Shown here: piece after piece, positions 1 through 13,677 of the stretch
Layout: each line of letters opens with the position of its first letter
How positions within the stretch are numbered: the first letter of the stretch is position 1
Source: the human T2T-CHM13v2.0 reference genome, Homo sapiens
DNA length: 64,000 nt
Assembly: GCF_009914755.1 (NCBI RefSeq)
Contig: NC_060928.1
Direction: 5' to 3' (one strand)
Translations under genes and position numbers: made by a program
Notes under the pieces: generated by a model
Told to the model about the DNA's origin: nothing
Database searches by the model: none
What the model saw: only the letters and a program-made list of their open reading frames with translations

Positions 1-215
1 CATTTTCTTTTAATTAAGTCTTCACTTTTAAAATAATTGTTTCTTAATTTCTAATTATTTCTTGAGTGTTATCTCAGTCAATTATTCTAATTTTGATTTA
101 TGTTACTGTCATATTGTATTACTTTCTTAATGACTTTAAATCATTTTGAAGTATTATGTTACAGTTTTGATTGCTTTTTGAAATTTTTTTTCTGGCATGC
201 TTTTCTTTTCTATAG

Positions 216-403
216 TTGTGCTATGCAATATAGTACCAACTAGCCTCATATAGCTATTTACATTTTAATTAGTTAAAATTTAATAAAGTTAAAATTTGGT
301 TCCCTGGGCTCATTAGTCAATAGTCACATGTGTCTAGGAGCCACTATGTTGGATGGCACAGATATAGAACATTTCCATCACCAGGAAAAGTTCTATTGGG
401 CAG
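216..403 (-). mobile_element. MER3 hAT-Charlie DNA transposon (MITE), degenerate
   Basis: Matches reverse of MER3 consensus: ...CACAGATATAGAACATTTCCATCACCAGGAAAAGTTCTATTGG; AT-rich centre with CACATGTG arms. Confidence 0.7.
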
Positions 404-737
404 ACCTGAACTATAAGGATGTTATTCTGTTTCTTATTTATCTTTTCTCTTATAGTAACTATCTAAGATATAGACTTCAATACATTCCTGCTGCTCATTT
501 TCATGTTAATTTAGTTTTTTGAGAATGTTAGAAGGAGCCTTGGTTCAGATAGCTGTGCAACTTTATAGAACTCCCTCTTCTCCTTTTGTTTGTTTGCTTA
601 TTTTTATGTTGTGCCAAGAAGCATGACAGCTTGATTTCTGAGATTTCTTGCTAATTTTCTAGATCAGAAACATTTCTTTTCTTTGTCTTTTTTTTTGTCC
701 ATATCTTGCTTAACTTTTAAAAAATTGTATTTATTTA

Positions 738-1009
738 TTTTTTAAAGAAGGGGTCTTACTCTGTTGTCTACAGTAGTGCAGTCATAGCTCATTGCAGCCT
801 CAAAACCCTGGGCTCAAGAGATTCTCTCACTTCAGCCCCTGAGTAGATGGGACAGTAGGCATGTGCCACTATGTCTGGCTATTTTTTTTTCTTTTAATTT
901 TTTTAGAGACTGGGTATTACTATGCATCTCAGGCTGGTCTCGAATTCCTCACTTTAAGCAATTCTCCTGCCTTAGCCAGGATTACAGGCACCACCCACCA
1001 TGCCTGACC
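738..1009 (-). mobile_element. Old Alu (AluJ-like), degenerate
   Basis: T-rich tail, GGGTCTTACTCTGTTG, GCTCATTGCAGCCTC, GGGCTCAAG, GGATTACAGGC; heavy divergence. Confidence 0.8.
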
Positions 1010-1966
1010 TGCTTCATTTTGATCCCACTGTCACCATTTCTCCTCGGTATGAGTCCCCATCCTAAAAGACACACCTGGCTGGTCAGTTTCCAGTGTGCAC
1101 AGTGGCTAGACTGCTCCAGCTCTTTTAGGTATTTACTTATGTCCTTTGTACACACATGATATTAGATTGAGCAAAACTGTCCCAGTGTCATCTCCTATTC
1201 TCAAATTGGCTTGCCAAGATTTCTAGTAATATCTGCTGGCTATTTTGAGGCTCTCCTATTCTTAGTCCATAGACCTGTATTGTTTTTCTTTGCTTTTTCC
1301 TGCACTGATGTTGGCAGTATGAACATCTTGTGGCTGCTGGTGGCTTTTCCACCTTATGTGATTTTGGGGATTCACACCATGTGGATACCTTGCCATCTAG
1401 TTTTATTGTAAATGTGATCTATGTGTTTTCGATCTGGCTATCTAGTTGCTCTGACTGTTATAATGGGATACATCAATGGGATACATATATGGTCAGATCC
1501 ATGGACCAATTCCTTTGAAGAATACATTATTTAAAAATCTTCATAAACTTCTCTTCACGGTTACCTTGCTTTAGTTTGAGCAAAGTACTAGGTTTCCATC
1601 AGGATTTGACTTGAGGTAAAAGGTTGTTATAGACCATGCAGCTGTTCCCTCTTTCAGATGTTCTCCACCTTATTTATTCTGGGTGGGGCTCACAATGGCT
1701 GAGTTTTTATTGCATTTGAAACTACATTGTAAGACATTTTTCTGCCCATATTATGTCTACTGGAAACACTTAGTGTATGTTGCTTAGTTGGCTAGCTGCC
1801 GAATTTTTGCACTTCCTTCTTGTTGTTTGGAACATCAAGATGTATCTGAGACTTATTTAAGTGGGAACCTTGGTTCGATATATATTTGTGTGTGTATACA
1901 TATTTGTGCATATGCAGTAACTCTTTGTAAAAGTTCAGTGTTGAAGTATCTTCATAGATCTTCTAA

Positions 1967-2237
1967 CAAGGTTTTTCATCTTGGCACTATTGGCATTTTG
2001 GTCCAGATTATTCTTTTTGTGGGGGGCTGTCCTGTGCATTGTAAGATGTTTAGCAGCATCCCTGCCCTCTACCCACTAGATGTCAGTAGCATCCCCCAGT
2101 TGTGACAACCAAAAATGTCTCCAGACATGGCCAAAATCTGGGTGAGAGTGCAGAGGGTGGGTGCTGCAGCAGCTGCTGCTGCTGGCAGTGGTGGTGGTGG
2201 TGGTGGAATGGGGATTAACCCCTGTTGAAAACCATGG
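1967..2237 (+). mobile_element. MER20 hAT-Charlie DNA transposon with internal (GCT)n/(GGT)n stretch
   Basis: GGCACTATTGGCATTTTGGTCCAGAT...GGCTGTCCTGTGCATTGTAAGATGTTTAGCAGCATCCCTG...TGTGACAACCAAAAATGTCTCCAGACAT, typical of MER20. Confidence 0.85.
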
Positions 2238-4300
2238 TCTAACAGTTATCTCAGTTGGTAGTTAAAGAATGGGCAGAAGGAGGAACAATTATTTATATAA
2301 GGTCACACTGCTATGTCAGAACTGTTTTCTAGACTCTCCTGGAAGACATTACAAAGAAACAGATAATTATGTCTAATTATACTTCATCTTTTGAAAGTAA
2401 ATGTTCAAAAGATTTTGGTAATCAGGATAAAGACCTTTTTTTTTTTTTTTTTTGGACCAAACTGTTATTTTGATGGCCTCTACTGTGGATATTTATTGCA
2501 AGAGGAAAAAGTGTTCACTGTTGCTTCTTGGAACATAGACTGAAACACTCCACAGGCATGCCTTTGTACTTTGGAGAAAATTGGGAAACAGTTGTTTAGA
2601 TAGTAAGATTCTGTTGGTTTGTTGATTTCTAGTAAGACAATTATTTTGAGATTGCCTTCTCTTTTGGAATTTTCTTTGACAGAGTTGGCCAAGAAGAAGA
2701 AGAAAAAGTACTGATAAATATTCCTCATCACTAAAGACTGCTGGGAAAGCAGCCAAACTGGTGAGGAAATAGGGAGCTCGGTGTCTTTTTTAACTGGGGG
2801 GAAGAATCCTAAGTCCAACTTGGTAATGCCTTTCTCCATCGCCATCTTTTGGAGATTTATGACAATATATTGTTTTAAACCCTGTAACATCTTTAAGACA
2901 ATTGGCAGAAATGAGAACGAGGGAGAGAGAGAGAGAGACAGACAGAGAGAATGAGAATAAAAGCACAGCACTTATTAACAAGTTCAGCACAAGTTTATTA
3001 TTAAATGTTTCTTAAAGGTAGCATCACTGATATTTTGGTGTTTACCAAATATTGCTGTTTTCATTCTCATGTTTTTCCTGAAACTATAAGTTTGAGACAT
3101 ATTAGAAGAAGAATGTGGGCAAGACTTCGCTGTGATAAAGCTGCCCTATAATTTCAGGTTTTTAAAAATTACAGAGTGGTATGAAAGCATAAAATATGTT
3201 TTTTAGATTCAACAATTTTTTTCTCTAATGCTGTTCATGGATGTCAGCCAATGAGACCATTTCACAGGTAAGGCTCCTTCAAAATATATCTTTTCATTGC
3301 TTAAGAAATTAATCATTTTCCCCTTATGGGAATCCAATATAAATGCTTCTCAGATTGCATTTTACTTATTGGTAAATGGCATTTACCAATATCTTGGAAG
3401 AGAATAACTTGGAAGAGAAACTTGAGAATAACTTGAATAACTTGGAAGAGAAATAAAGCAAAATGGAAGGGCAAATAACATTTATTGAGCCCATAAACAT
3501 ATATTTGTTGTCTCCTGCAACCTTTAAAGCAGCTCTATGAGTAAGTATTCTTATCCCCATTTTTCAGATCAGGAGATATCCCAATATAATTAATAATATC
3601 CCACAAATGAAACTCTCATATTTGCTTTACAATTGACAAAGAACTCCAAAGGTATGGAATGTGCATCAGGCTATTAGAAGTGTATAGTCACTGATTTAAT
3701 AGCCCTTTATTAATACACATGCATACATGTTTTCTAGATATGAAGCCTTTTAGAATTATATTATCTAATAATATCCGTAAGGGAGAGGACCTTCTAGTCT
3801 TGTTTACTTATCAACGATGAATAAAAATAGATGTCTATGTATGTAATAGATAGTATATATATATATTTGCTGATAGAATTAATTTATAAAAAGGAGCATA
3901 ATAATGTTCACCTGAAGAGTTGTAAGAATTGAATGAGAAAATGCAGCGAAGCAGCAGACCTCATGCAGACACTCCATAAATGCTCATTCCCTTCTCTTCA
4001 CTGTAAACCTCCCTCCTGAATGAGCTCCTGCTCTTTATGTCTCCATTCTTGATACCCATCAGTGACTGCCATTTGCTTTCAGATGAAATCTCCTTCAGTG
4101 GCCACTCTTGTTATGCCTGGATTGGGCCATCCTATTCCAGGCATGGAAGTATCCTTTTAAAGTAATCAGTGACTTCCGGGACAACGCCAATTCTAAAGCA
4201 TTCTATATGAAAGTAGGCTAACAAGTATGATTCCAAGTACAGGGCACAAAGGATAAGACATCTGTTTGAACTGTTAAGGAGGCATTGAAAGGGCCATTTT

Positions 4301-4486
4301 TTAAAAATTATTATACTTTAAGTTCTAGGGTACATGTGCACAACGTGCAGGTTTGTTACATATGTGTACATGTGCCATGTTGGTGTGCTGCACCCATTAA
4401 CTCGTCATTTACATTAGGTATATCTCCTAATGCTATCCCTCCCCTCTCCCCCCACCCCACGACAGGCCCCGGTGTGTGATGTTCCC
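4301..4486 (-). mobile_element. 5'-truncated L1PA (approx. L1PA4-5) 3' end, ~186 bp
   Basis: TTATACTTTAAGTTCTAGGGTACATGTGCACAACGTGCAGG L1 3' terminus; exact 14-bp TSD GAAAGGGCCATTTT at 4287-4300 and 4487-4500. Confidence 0.93.
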
Positions 4487-5088
4487 GAAAGGGCCATTTT
4501 GGGGGATGAAAAAAGGAGAGTGGAAATAAAAATTAAAGATCCATTTACCCCTTGGTGGTTCCTCTTCACTAATATTCATTGAACCTGCATTAGTGAGTTG
4601 GGGCTGAGAAACTAAGTGTTTCCAAATGTCCATGGAAAATTCTGTGTTCAGATGCTTTTTTAGAGTTCACATTGACTTATAAACACTAATTTTATTTCAT
4701 CGAATTTGTTCTGCAGCTCTATCCTGATGAATATATGACACCCAGAGAAACAACAATTTTCTTCACTTTTCTTTTTTATCTTTAATTTCAAACCTAGTTC
4801 CCCATATGCATTTAGGAAACAGAAGAATCTAAGATTTTTCTTATGTATAGTTACGTGCATTTTAACAAACTTTGGACTTCAGAGATTAGCTACGCCTTCC
4901 TGCTCTGCAGAATTCTAACTGCTACCTGCATAATAATGAACCATTGAGAAGTGGGGAGAGAGAGAAGCTCCTGTGTGGCAGTTATGCCTGGGAAAGAGAA
5001 TTTAGCTTTCATCAAGTTTACTGATAATCCTCAATCTTCATATGGAAATGTGACTCATTTCTCTGAGCTGCCTGCCACATATGTTTCA

Positions 5089-5090
<2 letters not shown>

Positions 5091-5142
<52 letters not shown>
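5091..5142. repeat. (AT)26 microsatellite
   Basis: Perfect AT dinucleotide run. Confidence 0.97.
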
Positions 5143-5146
<4 letters not shown>

Positions 5147-7511
5147 TTTTAAAGGGCAAGGGCATACGTTTTCTCTCTATGCCCCCTGTCTCCAATGGAA
5201 TTTAATAGGAAATGATTAACGTTGGCAAACTTGAGGGGATGAGTTAAGGAGGGTTGATTTTGTATGGAGAAGAAAAGTGAAGCAAGAGAACAGAATTTCT
5301 GTATTTTCATTTTCTGCATAGAAAGTTATCCAGGTTTTTTTGTAAATTATAATGTTTTAACCTGAAAGAGATAATCCATTTGTCAGTGTTCTGGGAATCC
5401 TAAAGTGCTAATCAAATGTTAGTATATACAGCCAAACATTGATTATTTTTAATATGACGTTTTCCCCCAGGCCTTACACAATGTACCTATGGGATGACCT
5501 TTACATCAACAGCACAAAATTGACTTGCTTCATTCACTAAAAATGCCAGTGTCCTCTCACTCTCCCCACACACATTAAAAACAACGACCACAACACATGT
5601 AAAGTTATTCCCAAGGACTGTCTCTCCTGTGCTGAGAAACAAGTTGGTCAAGGATGATCCTCGGGTGTCCTTGGATGTCTTTGTCCTTTCCTCCGTCTGT
5701 TGCCCCCTAGCTTTGGTACATCTCCAGGGTAGGGAAATATTTGTTACATGTTTGTACCTGCACAATCACCTACCATATTATTACCTGGCTCAGCCTAGGT
5801 GGCCAGTGAATGATTAAGAAATTTGATTAACTAACACATTCTGCCTTGTCATCCCGTATGTTGGTTTTTTCATCTGAGATTGTTATCAGCAACCTATCTA
5901 TGCTTGCATCTGCGTTATTAATGATGCGAAGAATCTTTCTCTCTATCCTTGCTTGGAGTAGAGGGTTGGGAATGAATGAACTCTAATGTTCCTTACAGCT
6001 TCCAGACATTTTGTATCATGTTTGTTAATATGATACAAACAGACCTGAGTGTGAATTCTGATTTTGCTGCTTGAAAGAAATGTTGGCTTGGAAAAGCTTA
6101 ACTTTCAGTGCTTGCATCGGAGGTGGTTAATGAATGTACGTTGAATAAATTAATGTTCTCTAAGCCTCATTCCCTAAAATGAAGAAAATAATATGCAATG
6201 TACTTAATAGTGCTATTAAAGATCTCATTTGGCAAATTTAGGAAGGTAGAAAATTATTTTGATGTCTTACAAACATACTTTTGGATAATCATCTGCCGTT
6301 TTTCCTGCCCTTTCTACATACTTGTAGTCTTCTGAACGATCTATCTATCTATCTATCTAGATTTCAAGGAAGGTTAATATCTGATATTATGTTGTATTTC
6401 TGTGGTTCCCTATGTTCTCACAACATACTGTTTAACTTTGCCATTTCAGCAACCATCTGAGGTAATTGAGGATATCATTTGCTTGTTGCAGACCAGAAAC
6501 TTGAGCCTCAGAAAGAATTTGACTTACCTAAAGTTACAGGAGTCTCCAACGTATGATGAGAACTTAGATTTTCTGACTTAATATCTGGGAGGTTTTGCCA
6601 CTGCCTTGTTGTTCTCTCAGTGATCAGGATTTCTAAAATGAACTGAACATTTATTTATCTCCACATGCCAGTTCTTTTTGATGAAACACAAGGGAAGGAA
6701 GACCAGAGCTCCAACTTACTGTGTGGCTTTAATGGTAGTACATTTGAATTACTTTTTTGATCTCTACAGTTTGTTTGCAGGTGAAATGAGGAAGAGGAGA
6801 AATGGAGAAATAGTCCATTAAACCCAACAGCTGTGTTTGTGTTTGCAGCTGTTCTTGTGCATACAGGGCTGCGGGGAGACCCTGGCTGCTGGCAGAATAG
6901 CTGGTCTCATGGCCAGTAGCTAGGTTCCTTTGTGGTATTTGGAGACTAGCTGGAGCATGAGGAAAGTTTAGAGGAAATGCAAAAGTCTTGCCCAAACTAG
7001 GATTCTTCAGTGTAAAACATATCCTCTTCCCTCTTTTTGATATTATACAGGTTCATGCCTGACAGACTCAAGTAAATAAGCAGCTTAGCTATTATGGGGC
7101 TGGCTGAAGGTGGGGTGGCAGAAACTACTAATAGATTCAAGAAGAACAACAGAATGTTGGTTAAAAGTGTGGATTCTGGAGCTAATTGAACATCTATTAT
7201 GTGCAAGGTGCTGGGGGTATAGCAGCAGGGAAAAAAATCCCTGCTCCTCTCATAGAGCTTATATTTTAGGTAGAAGAGAGAGATAGGAAAATAAAAAAGT
7301 AAATGATATAGTATATTAGAAGGTTATTTTACTGTGGAGAAAAATCTGTCAGGGAAGGGGACAAGGCATATTATCAAAATTTCCCCTCTTCCCCTTTTCA
7401 TGGAAAATTTGTCCATGGCAAATTTTCGTGATTCAACTTTTTAATATGTCAGCTTCTAATTCTTGGGCTGCCTTGGTTCTCCTCTACTAACTCTATCCTT
7501 CTTTTATCCAG

Positions 7512-7618
7512 AAAAAAGCAAGTCTTGCAGTTTGGTGGGAGAGAGTATGCAGTCACCAACATGGCATGAATTTAGGAGTGAATAAACGAAAGAAAAGAAA
7601 AAAACCTATTATTTAGAG
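7512..7618 (+). other. Candidate non-coding internal exon (107 nt)
   Basis: Perfect TACTAAC branch point 7485-7491, pyrimidine tract, CAG acceptor at 7509-7511, donor GAG|GTAAGC at 7619; stops in all three frames. Confidence 0.4.
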
Positions 7619-8547
7619 GTAAGCAGGCATTAAAAGTCCACCTTAAAATCGTGTTTTCTGTTTTTTTTTTTGCTTGCTTTTTCTTACATCTTGTAAATCA
7701 ATAATACTGAATTGAGTTCTGAATTGTCCAAGCTAGTCCCAGCTATAGAATCCCTCCTGCCCAATGGAGGAATATTTATATTTCCCAAACACATCTTTTT
7801 TTTTTTTCAAGAGATTTGGACACCTATCATTAGAATGGAATAAACACAACACAATACAGGAAAGAAAGTCCAGACTAAGGCAAGAATGAAGCTGCAATCA
7901 CACCACGATGACAAGCGTCAAACACTCCAGAAGCCTTGGAGCCTTGCAGCAGTCATAGCCAAAGGGGAGAACACCCTACCAATTCATCAGATAGATGAAG
8001 GCTTCCTTTCCTCTAATTTTTTAAAGAAATTCTTCAAGTTGGACAGTCCATGAGAGAACAAGAAATAATAAAATGAGCAATTTCCTCATTAATAGCTTTA
8101 GTGTGGATGCAGATTTGTTGTTGTTGGGTATCCTTAGAGAGACCAGGAATGTTCCTCCATCTGTCTCCTTTTAGCCTCTCAAGTTTCTTAGGGAGAAGTC
8201 AAAGACAGGGTTTTGGAAACCTGGATGGAACCATGTGGAGCTACAGTGTCCCTGCCGCAAAGGCAGGTAAAATCTCAGAACCTTTGTAGAAAGTAGGAGG
8301 ATGACTTTCTTGGCCACTCCCTGAGCCTACCATCCAGCACTGGGCCCTCAATGTCAGTGGTTTGCAGACATTTTTTAACATGCCCCACAGTCAGAAACAT
8401 ATTTTACTTTGCCACCCAATACACATGCACACACACACACAGTTTAAACAAACATTTCTGTAAATTTCCAAGACAGTATTTTCCCATACTGCAAATGAGG
8501 CACTCTGATTATTTTTATTCTATTCAATTATATTTTTAATTGTTTCT

Positions 8548-8987
8548 TGTGCACTATACACAATAGCAAAGACATGGTATCAACCCAGGTGCCCATCCAT
8601 GGTGGACTGGATAAAGAAAATATGGTACATATATATTATGGAATGCTACACACCCATAAAAAATGAAATCATGTATCTTGCAGTAACATGGATGCAGCTG
8701 AAGGCCATTATCCTAAGTGAATTAACTCAGAAACAGAAAAACCAAATACCTCATGTTCTCACTTATAAGTGGGAGTTAAACGCTGAGTACACACGGACAC
8801 AAAGATGGGAACAATACTAAGGATTCCAAAAGTGGGTAGGAGGGCAAAGGTTGAAAAACTACCTACTGGGTACTATGTTCACTACCTGGGTGACAGGACC
8901 ATTAGAAGCCCAAACCTCAACATCACACAATATACCCATGTAACAGACCTGCATATGTACTCCCTGAATCTAAAATAATAAAAAAAA
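8548..8987 (+). mobile_element. Truncated L1 3' end (L1PB/late L1PA type) inserted in an older hAT-Charlie-like MER (~8355-9060)
   Basis: ORF2 C-terminal relic (VDWIKKIWYIY...QLKAIILSELTQKQK), 3'UTR and A-tail; flanks resemble a CAGTGGTT-terminated Charlie MITE. Confidence 0.85.
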
Positions 8988-9895
8988 GCTGCTTGTGACC
9001 AACAAAAAATTAATTTCATGACCCACTAATAGAGCGTAACCTGTAGTTTGAAATACAATACTTTGAATCAATTGTTCTCAACATGGGCAACTTTTCAAAT
9101 TTCACTCATGTACTCTCCCTTGACGATTTGATGTAAGTCTATGATGTGTATAGGTGGTAAAATTTCCCTAAGTGATTCTGATATGTCCTGTTGCCATCTT
9201 CTAGCCAATCCAAAGTGACAAAATGCCAAGAAAAATAAACAAAGGAAAAGAAAGAGGCAGATTTGTATCCCTGTCCCAAGGGGTACAATTTCCTAATAGA
9301 AGGGATTTCTGGGCTCCAATTAAGACATGAGCAGTTGGACTACTACAATTCTCAGGAGAGTAGCCAAATATATTTATGTAAGAGAAACAGTAAATCCAAG
9401 GAGAGTCAACCTTCGCCAAAGCCTAGACGTTTAATCCTTTATGTGTTTAAGAAAAAGGTTTCTGTTTTCCCAGGACCAAAATTCCAGATGCAATAACATG
9501 TATGTATTCTTTAGTGCAGGCAATGAGGCTCAATTAAAACTACACCTGTTCCTCCATCTTCATTAGATTTCTGGTAACCTGCTAGGGTCCAAGTTTTCCT
9601 GGGTGTTAACATCTCAGGGTACGTTGTATCAGGGTGACCAGGAATTCTGGCAGACAGCATTTTGGAAGTACAGAAATAGGTGAGATCCAATTACAGGGGG
9701 GTGTTCTATCTGGCTGTGATCCTTCAGTCTCACATTTTGGATTCAGATGGGTAGGGTAGGAGCCATCATACTTAATATCCTGAGAAAATAATTTTTAATA
9801 ACGCCTCTATGTGACAAAATTATTTTCAGTAACAGTTATAAAATGAAACAAAAATTAATAAGAACCAGAAAAGAAATGTAGGGGTTGACATTTAA

Positions 9896-10234
<339 letters not shown>

Positions 10235-10619
10235 TAATTTAACTTTTTACAGGCATGATATTATATGTATTATTATATGTAATATCGTGCTTATAAATAT
10301 ATATATTTATTATATATAATATCATGCCTATAAAAATTAAATTAGCCCAGGTGTGGTGGTCATGCCTGTAATCCCAGCACTTTGGGAGGCCAAGGTGGGT
10401 AGATAATATATGTAATTATTATAATTATATATAGCTATATAATTATATATAATAATTATAATATATAATATGTCTGTATAAAATTAAATTAAAACATTTA
10501 AAATGAAATATGGTACAAAAATGAGATAAAATTATAGATTAAAGTATTTTAATTATTGACATGTTCTTTGAAAAATATTGCATGTGATAATATTGAATAA
10601 TAACATTACAGTCTATTTT

Positions 10620-11080
10620 TAAGCCTTAACTTCTGAAAATTTGTCAATGATGTTGATTGATCTCTGCATATGCATGTTCAGTACACAGTATGGTCAGATG
10701 TGTCAATCTATTTTTGCTCATAGTTTATTGAATAACACTTTTTAATTAATTTGTGACTTGAAACATTTCTTTTACGTAAAGCAAGATATCTAAAATAATT
10801 AGGAAAAGGCTTAAACATAAGAATACACATGTCAGAAGTTCCTAAATAATCCCATTTCACAAAAATTTCAGAAATTGTAATACTACCCATTTTGTTTTTC
10901 CCTCAAAATCAACTTTAGAAGCTTGAAAATGTCTCTGCAGTTGAAAATTTTCCACTAAAAATCTTTAGCATAAAATTTATCATAAATTTTTACTCTATTC
11001 TGTAAATATTTCTGAGGTCTTTAGTATTTTGCAAAAATCAGAATTGGCTGGACACTAGTGAATACTGGCATTATTTAATC
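10620..11080 (-). mobile_element. hAT-Tip100-like (Zaphod/Arthur-type) transposase C-terminal relic
   Basis: Minus-strand frames give degraded hAT dimerisation-domain-like text (FVKWD...SSHKLIKK...IIDKFSEVKA), resembling ERSFSKLKLIK...IIDEFA. Confidence 0.5.
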
Positions 11081-11736
11081 CATTGCTTAAGAATGAGTTA
11101 CGTAATTGAACTAACTGAAGTTCTGTTTCTTTGTCTTTACAACTACTGTGCTATTATAGTTTATTTGGAATCTACTGTTTAAAGACATGCATATGTAATA
11201 CCACAGGGGTTGGAGACAAACTGTGGCCAAAGCAAGCTTCAGTAAGTGGTACAATTAAAAGTTCTCTGCATTAACTTTTGTAGAATATGATGTTTATCAA
11301 AGGATAAGTGATACAAATGTGATGATTTGAAGTTTATATATATTATTAAAGTTCAATCCTATCTGCAGCAATTGTTTTAAACATAGACCAACAAAAAGAA
11401 TTTTCTGGGGAGAGTATTATTGCCATTGTTTAGAATTGCCAGTGCACTGTGATAGTAAAAAGCAGACTAACTTCTATTTGGTTTTATTATTGTTTTTAAA
11501 TTCTGTACAGACTCCCCATTGCCCACACTAGGAACAGTTCCACCCCCTGTGTGCCACTGGGAACAGGTCTGTAGTGACGCCTGCCTGATTTGAGTTCTGT
11601 TCTTCCCCCAGCACCCCTGACAAGTTACAAAGCTGACCTCAAGCTTTTCTCCCTTCCATACCTGAAAAGTGAGTTTCTGACATGGAATTCTTTGGAGAGA
11701 GAAAAAGAAAAAAAAAACAAAAAACCTCCCACCCTG

Positions 11737-11790
11737 CAAACAAACAAACAAACAAACAAACAAACAAAACCAAACAAAAAAAAAAAACAA
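11737..11790. repeat. (AAAC)n / A-rich microsatellite
   Basis: Visible tandem CAAA units followed by A-run. Confidence 0.9.
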
Positions 11791-12019
11791 GTTTAATCTC
11801 TAATAAGGCATTCTGCTATAAGGGTAACACAAATCTTCACCCTTTGTAACATTCTTAGTCTCCAGTGACCTGACCTATCAGCAATTGTTGTCTTTGGGGT
11901 AGATGTGGAGAGAAAACTTGTGCTTCCCAGAGAGGCCAACCTTTCACAGATTGCAGGCAGTGCTTTCAGAAGTGAGAAACAAGCACTCTGTGCTCACACC
12001 CCAGCATTGGATCCCCCCC

Positions 12020-12200
12020 AAGGTCTGTCACTGATCTGTTGTGTAAACGTGGGCCAATTACTTACTCTGTCTGCGCAGAGTATCTGTAAAGTGGGGATGG
12101 CAGTAGTACCTGCCTCCTAGAGATTTTGTGATGATTAAATGAGAGAGAGGCACCTAGAACAATGTCTGGCACATAGAAAATATTCAATAAATATCAATTA
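12020..12200 (+). mobile_element. MIR SINE relic
   Basis: TCTGTAAAGTGGGGATGGCAGTAGTACCTGCCTCCTAGAGATTTTGTGATGATTAAATGAG...TCTGGCACATAG MIR core. Confidence 0.7.
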
Positions 12201-13677
12201 ATAGTTTTCCTCTTTTGTATAATGGTCATTAAGAAATGCATGAAAGAAATGTGCAAATCAAGAAAGACGATTCTTTCATGGGTTTAAGTAAATGCTCTAA
12301 AAATTTTATTTCTGAGACTAATCTGATTTTAGTTTACATGGAAGCTGGTTTATCCTATTAGCCATATTTTTTAAAAGGGCTACACCATCTATACATCATT
12401 CCCACTCTAGATAAATGGGAGGAGATTGGATTCAGTCTGAGTTTGCATGGTAAGAGAATCTGGGACCACAGGGAAGGTTTAACTGCACAGCAACTCAAAT
12501 TCCCTAGAAAATCTATGGAAACAGCCCAATTACAGGGGATGACTTGAGTCTGAGGGGAGTTGACCCCCTTTAATAGCTTGCAATTTAATCCTTGCCACTA
12601 TCCAAGTTTAGGCCCTGGCAACTAGTATTTCAATTATTTTTATCCTTCTATGCTTCTTTTCAAGAACCTAACACACTTCTCTGCCAACACTTAAGTTAAA
12701 TAGGAAGACTAACAGATTAAAGCTTTGTTTCAAAGGAGGTTCCTTTGTTTTAGCTTCTTAACTCTTAAGCTTCACTTTTGACAACTTCAAGAATCTACCA
12801 TTCTACTTCACTACCATTCTATCTTAATTTCCTTCACCTATCCATTAAGACAGGTTCCTCACTGTATTGCTTATTCTCTTTCCAGTCTTTTTTTCACCTC
12901 TCTTTACCTCTAATACCTTTTCTCCATAGTGTAGAGGAATATTGTCTCTAACTGTCCCCAGCATAAGATGAAGAAACTGACTCAGAATGCAAAATGACTT
13001 GCCTAAGTTGACATGTTTTGTTTACTCCATGGCAAAGTTGATCCTAGACTTCTGATTTCTAGTCTATTATTTTATTCTGAGTAGCTGTTGCAATTGGATT
13101 TCAGAATGCAGGTGTAGCATTCCCTTCCTTCATAGGTGTTTCAGTAGCTGGGATCTGCTTTTCACTTTCCTCCCAATAGACAACAAGAGACCCTGAAAAC
13201 TCTTATAAGTTTCAATGAGATTCAAATTGGGACACACACACGTGTGTGTGTGTGTAAGTGTGTTTGTGTATGCTGAAGATTTCAGGGTGGAGAATAAAGC
13301 TAAGGGATAGGGTAATATTTAATTGACAGGTAATTTTGTTATGAATGAGTATTTGAGGCCATAACATTTCAATAAGTCCTTCCTTTTTGACCTGGTTTCT
13401 TCAGTCCATAGACTTACACACCACCCTGGGGTCCCTTTGATCACTTTTGGCCAATGACCATATAGTCTTGAATGTTAATTTTATTGCTTCTAGTTGGCAT
13501 TTTTAAGAACAAGTGCTTTGTGCTCTGTGGTTTTCATTGAACGGAGACATGGATTGGAAGCTAGCATATTCTCACTCTCATTTGAAGCCCAAAATGAAAG
13601 TTGGTCTCCCAGGTGTCATAGTAATAGGCAACACAAAATGTAAATAAACATATTTCAATGGAATTTTGATAGGCATA

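Noticed and set aside
863-1159. 98-aa ORF and similar Alu-overlapping ORFs (9950-10237, 17351-17542, 29965-30285, 30800-31060, 37974-38210)
   Set aside because: Translations of Alu sequence (e.g. [18 protein letters not shown]), not genes
2436-2900. Processed pseudogene (A18 tail plus AATAAA)
   Set aside because: No flanking TSD found and no recognisable parent gene; retained only as an exon candidate
3393-3455. CTTGGAAGAGAATAA-like short tandem units
   Set aside because: Simple slippage minisatellite with no further structure
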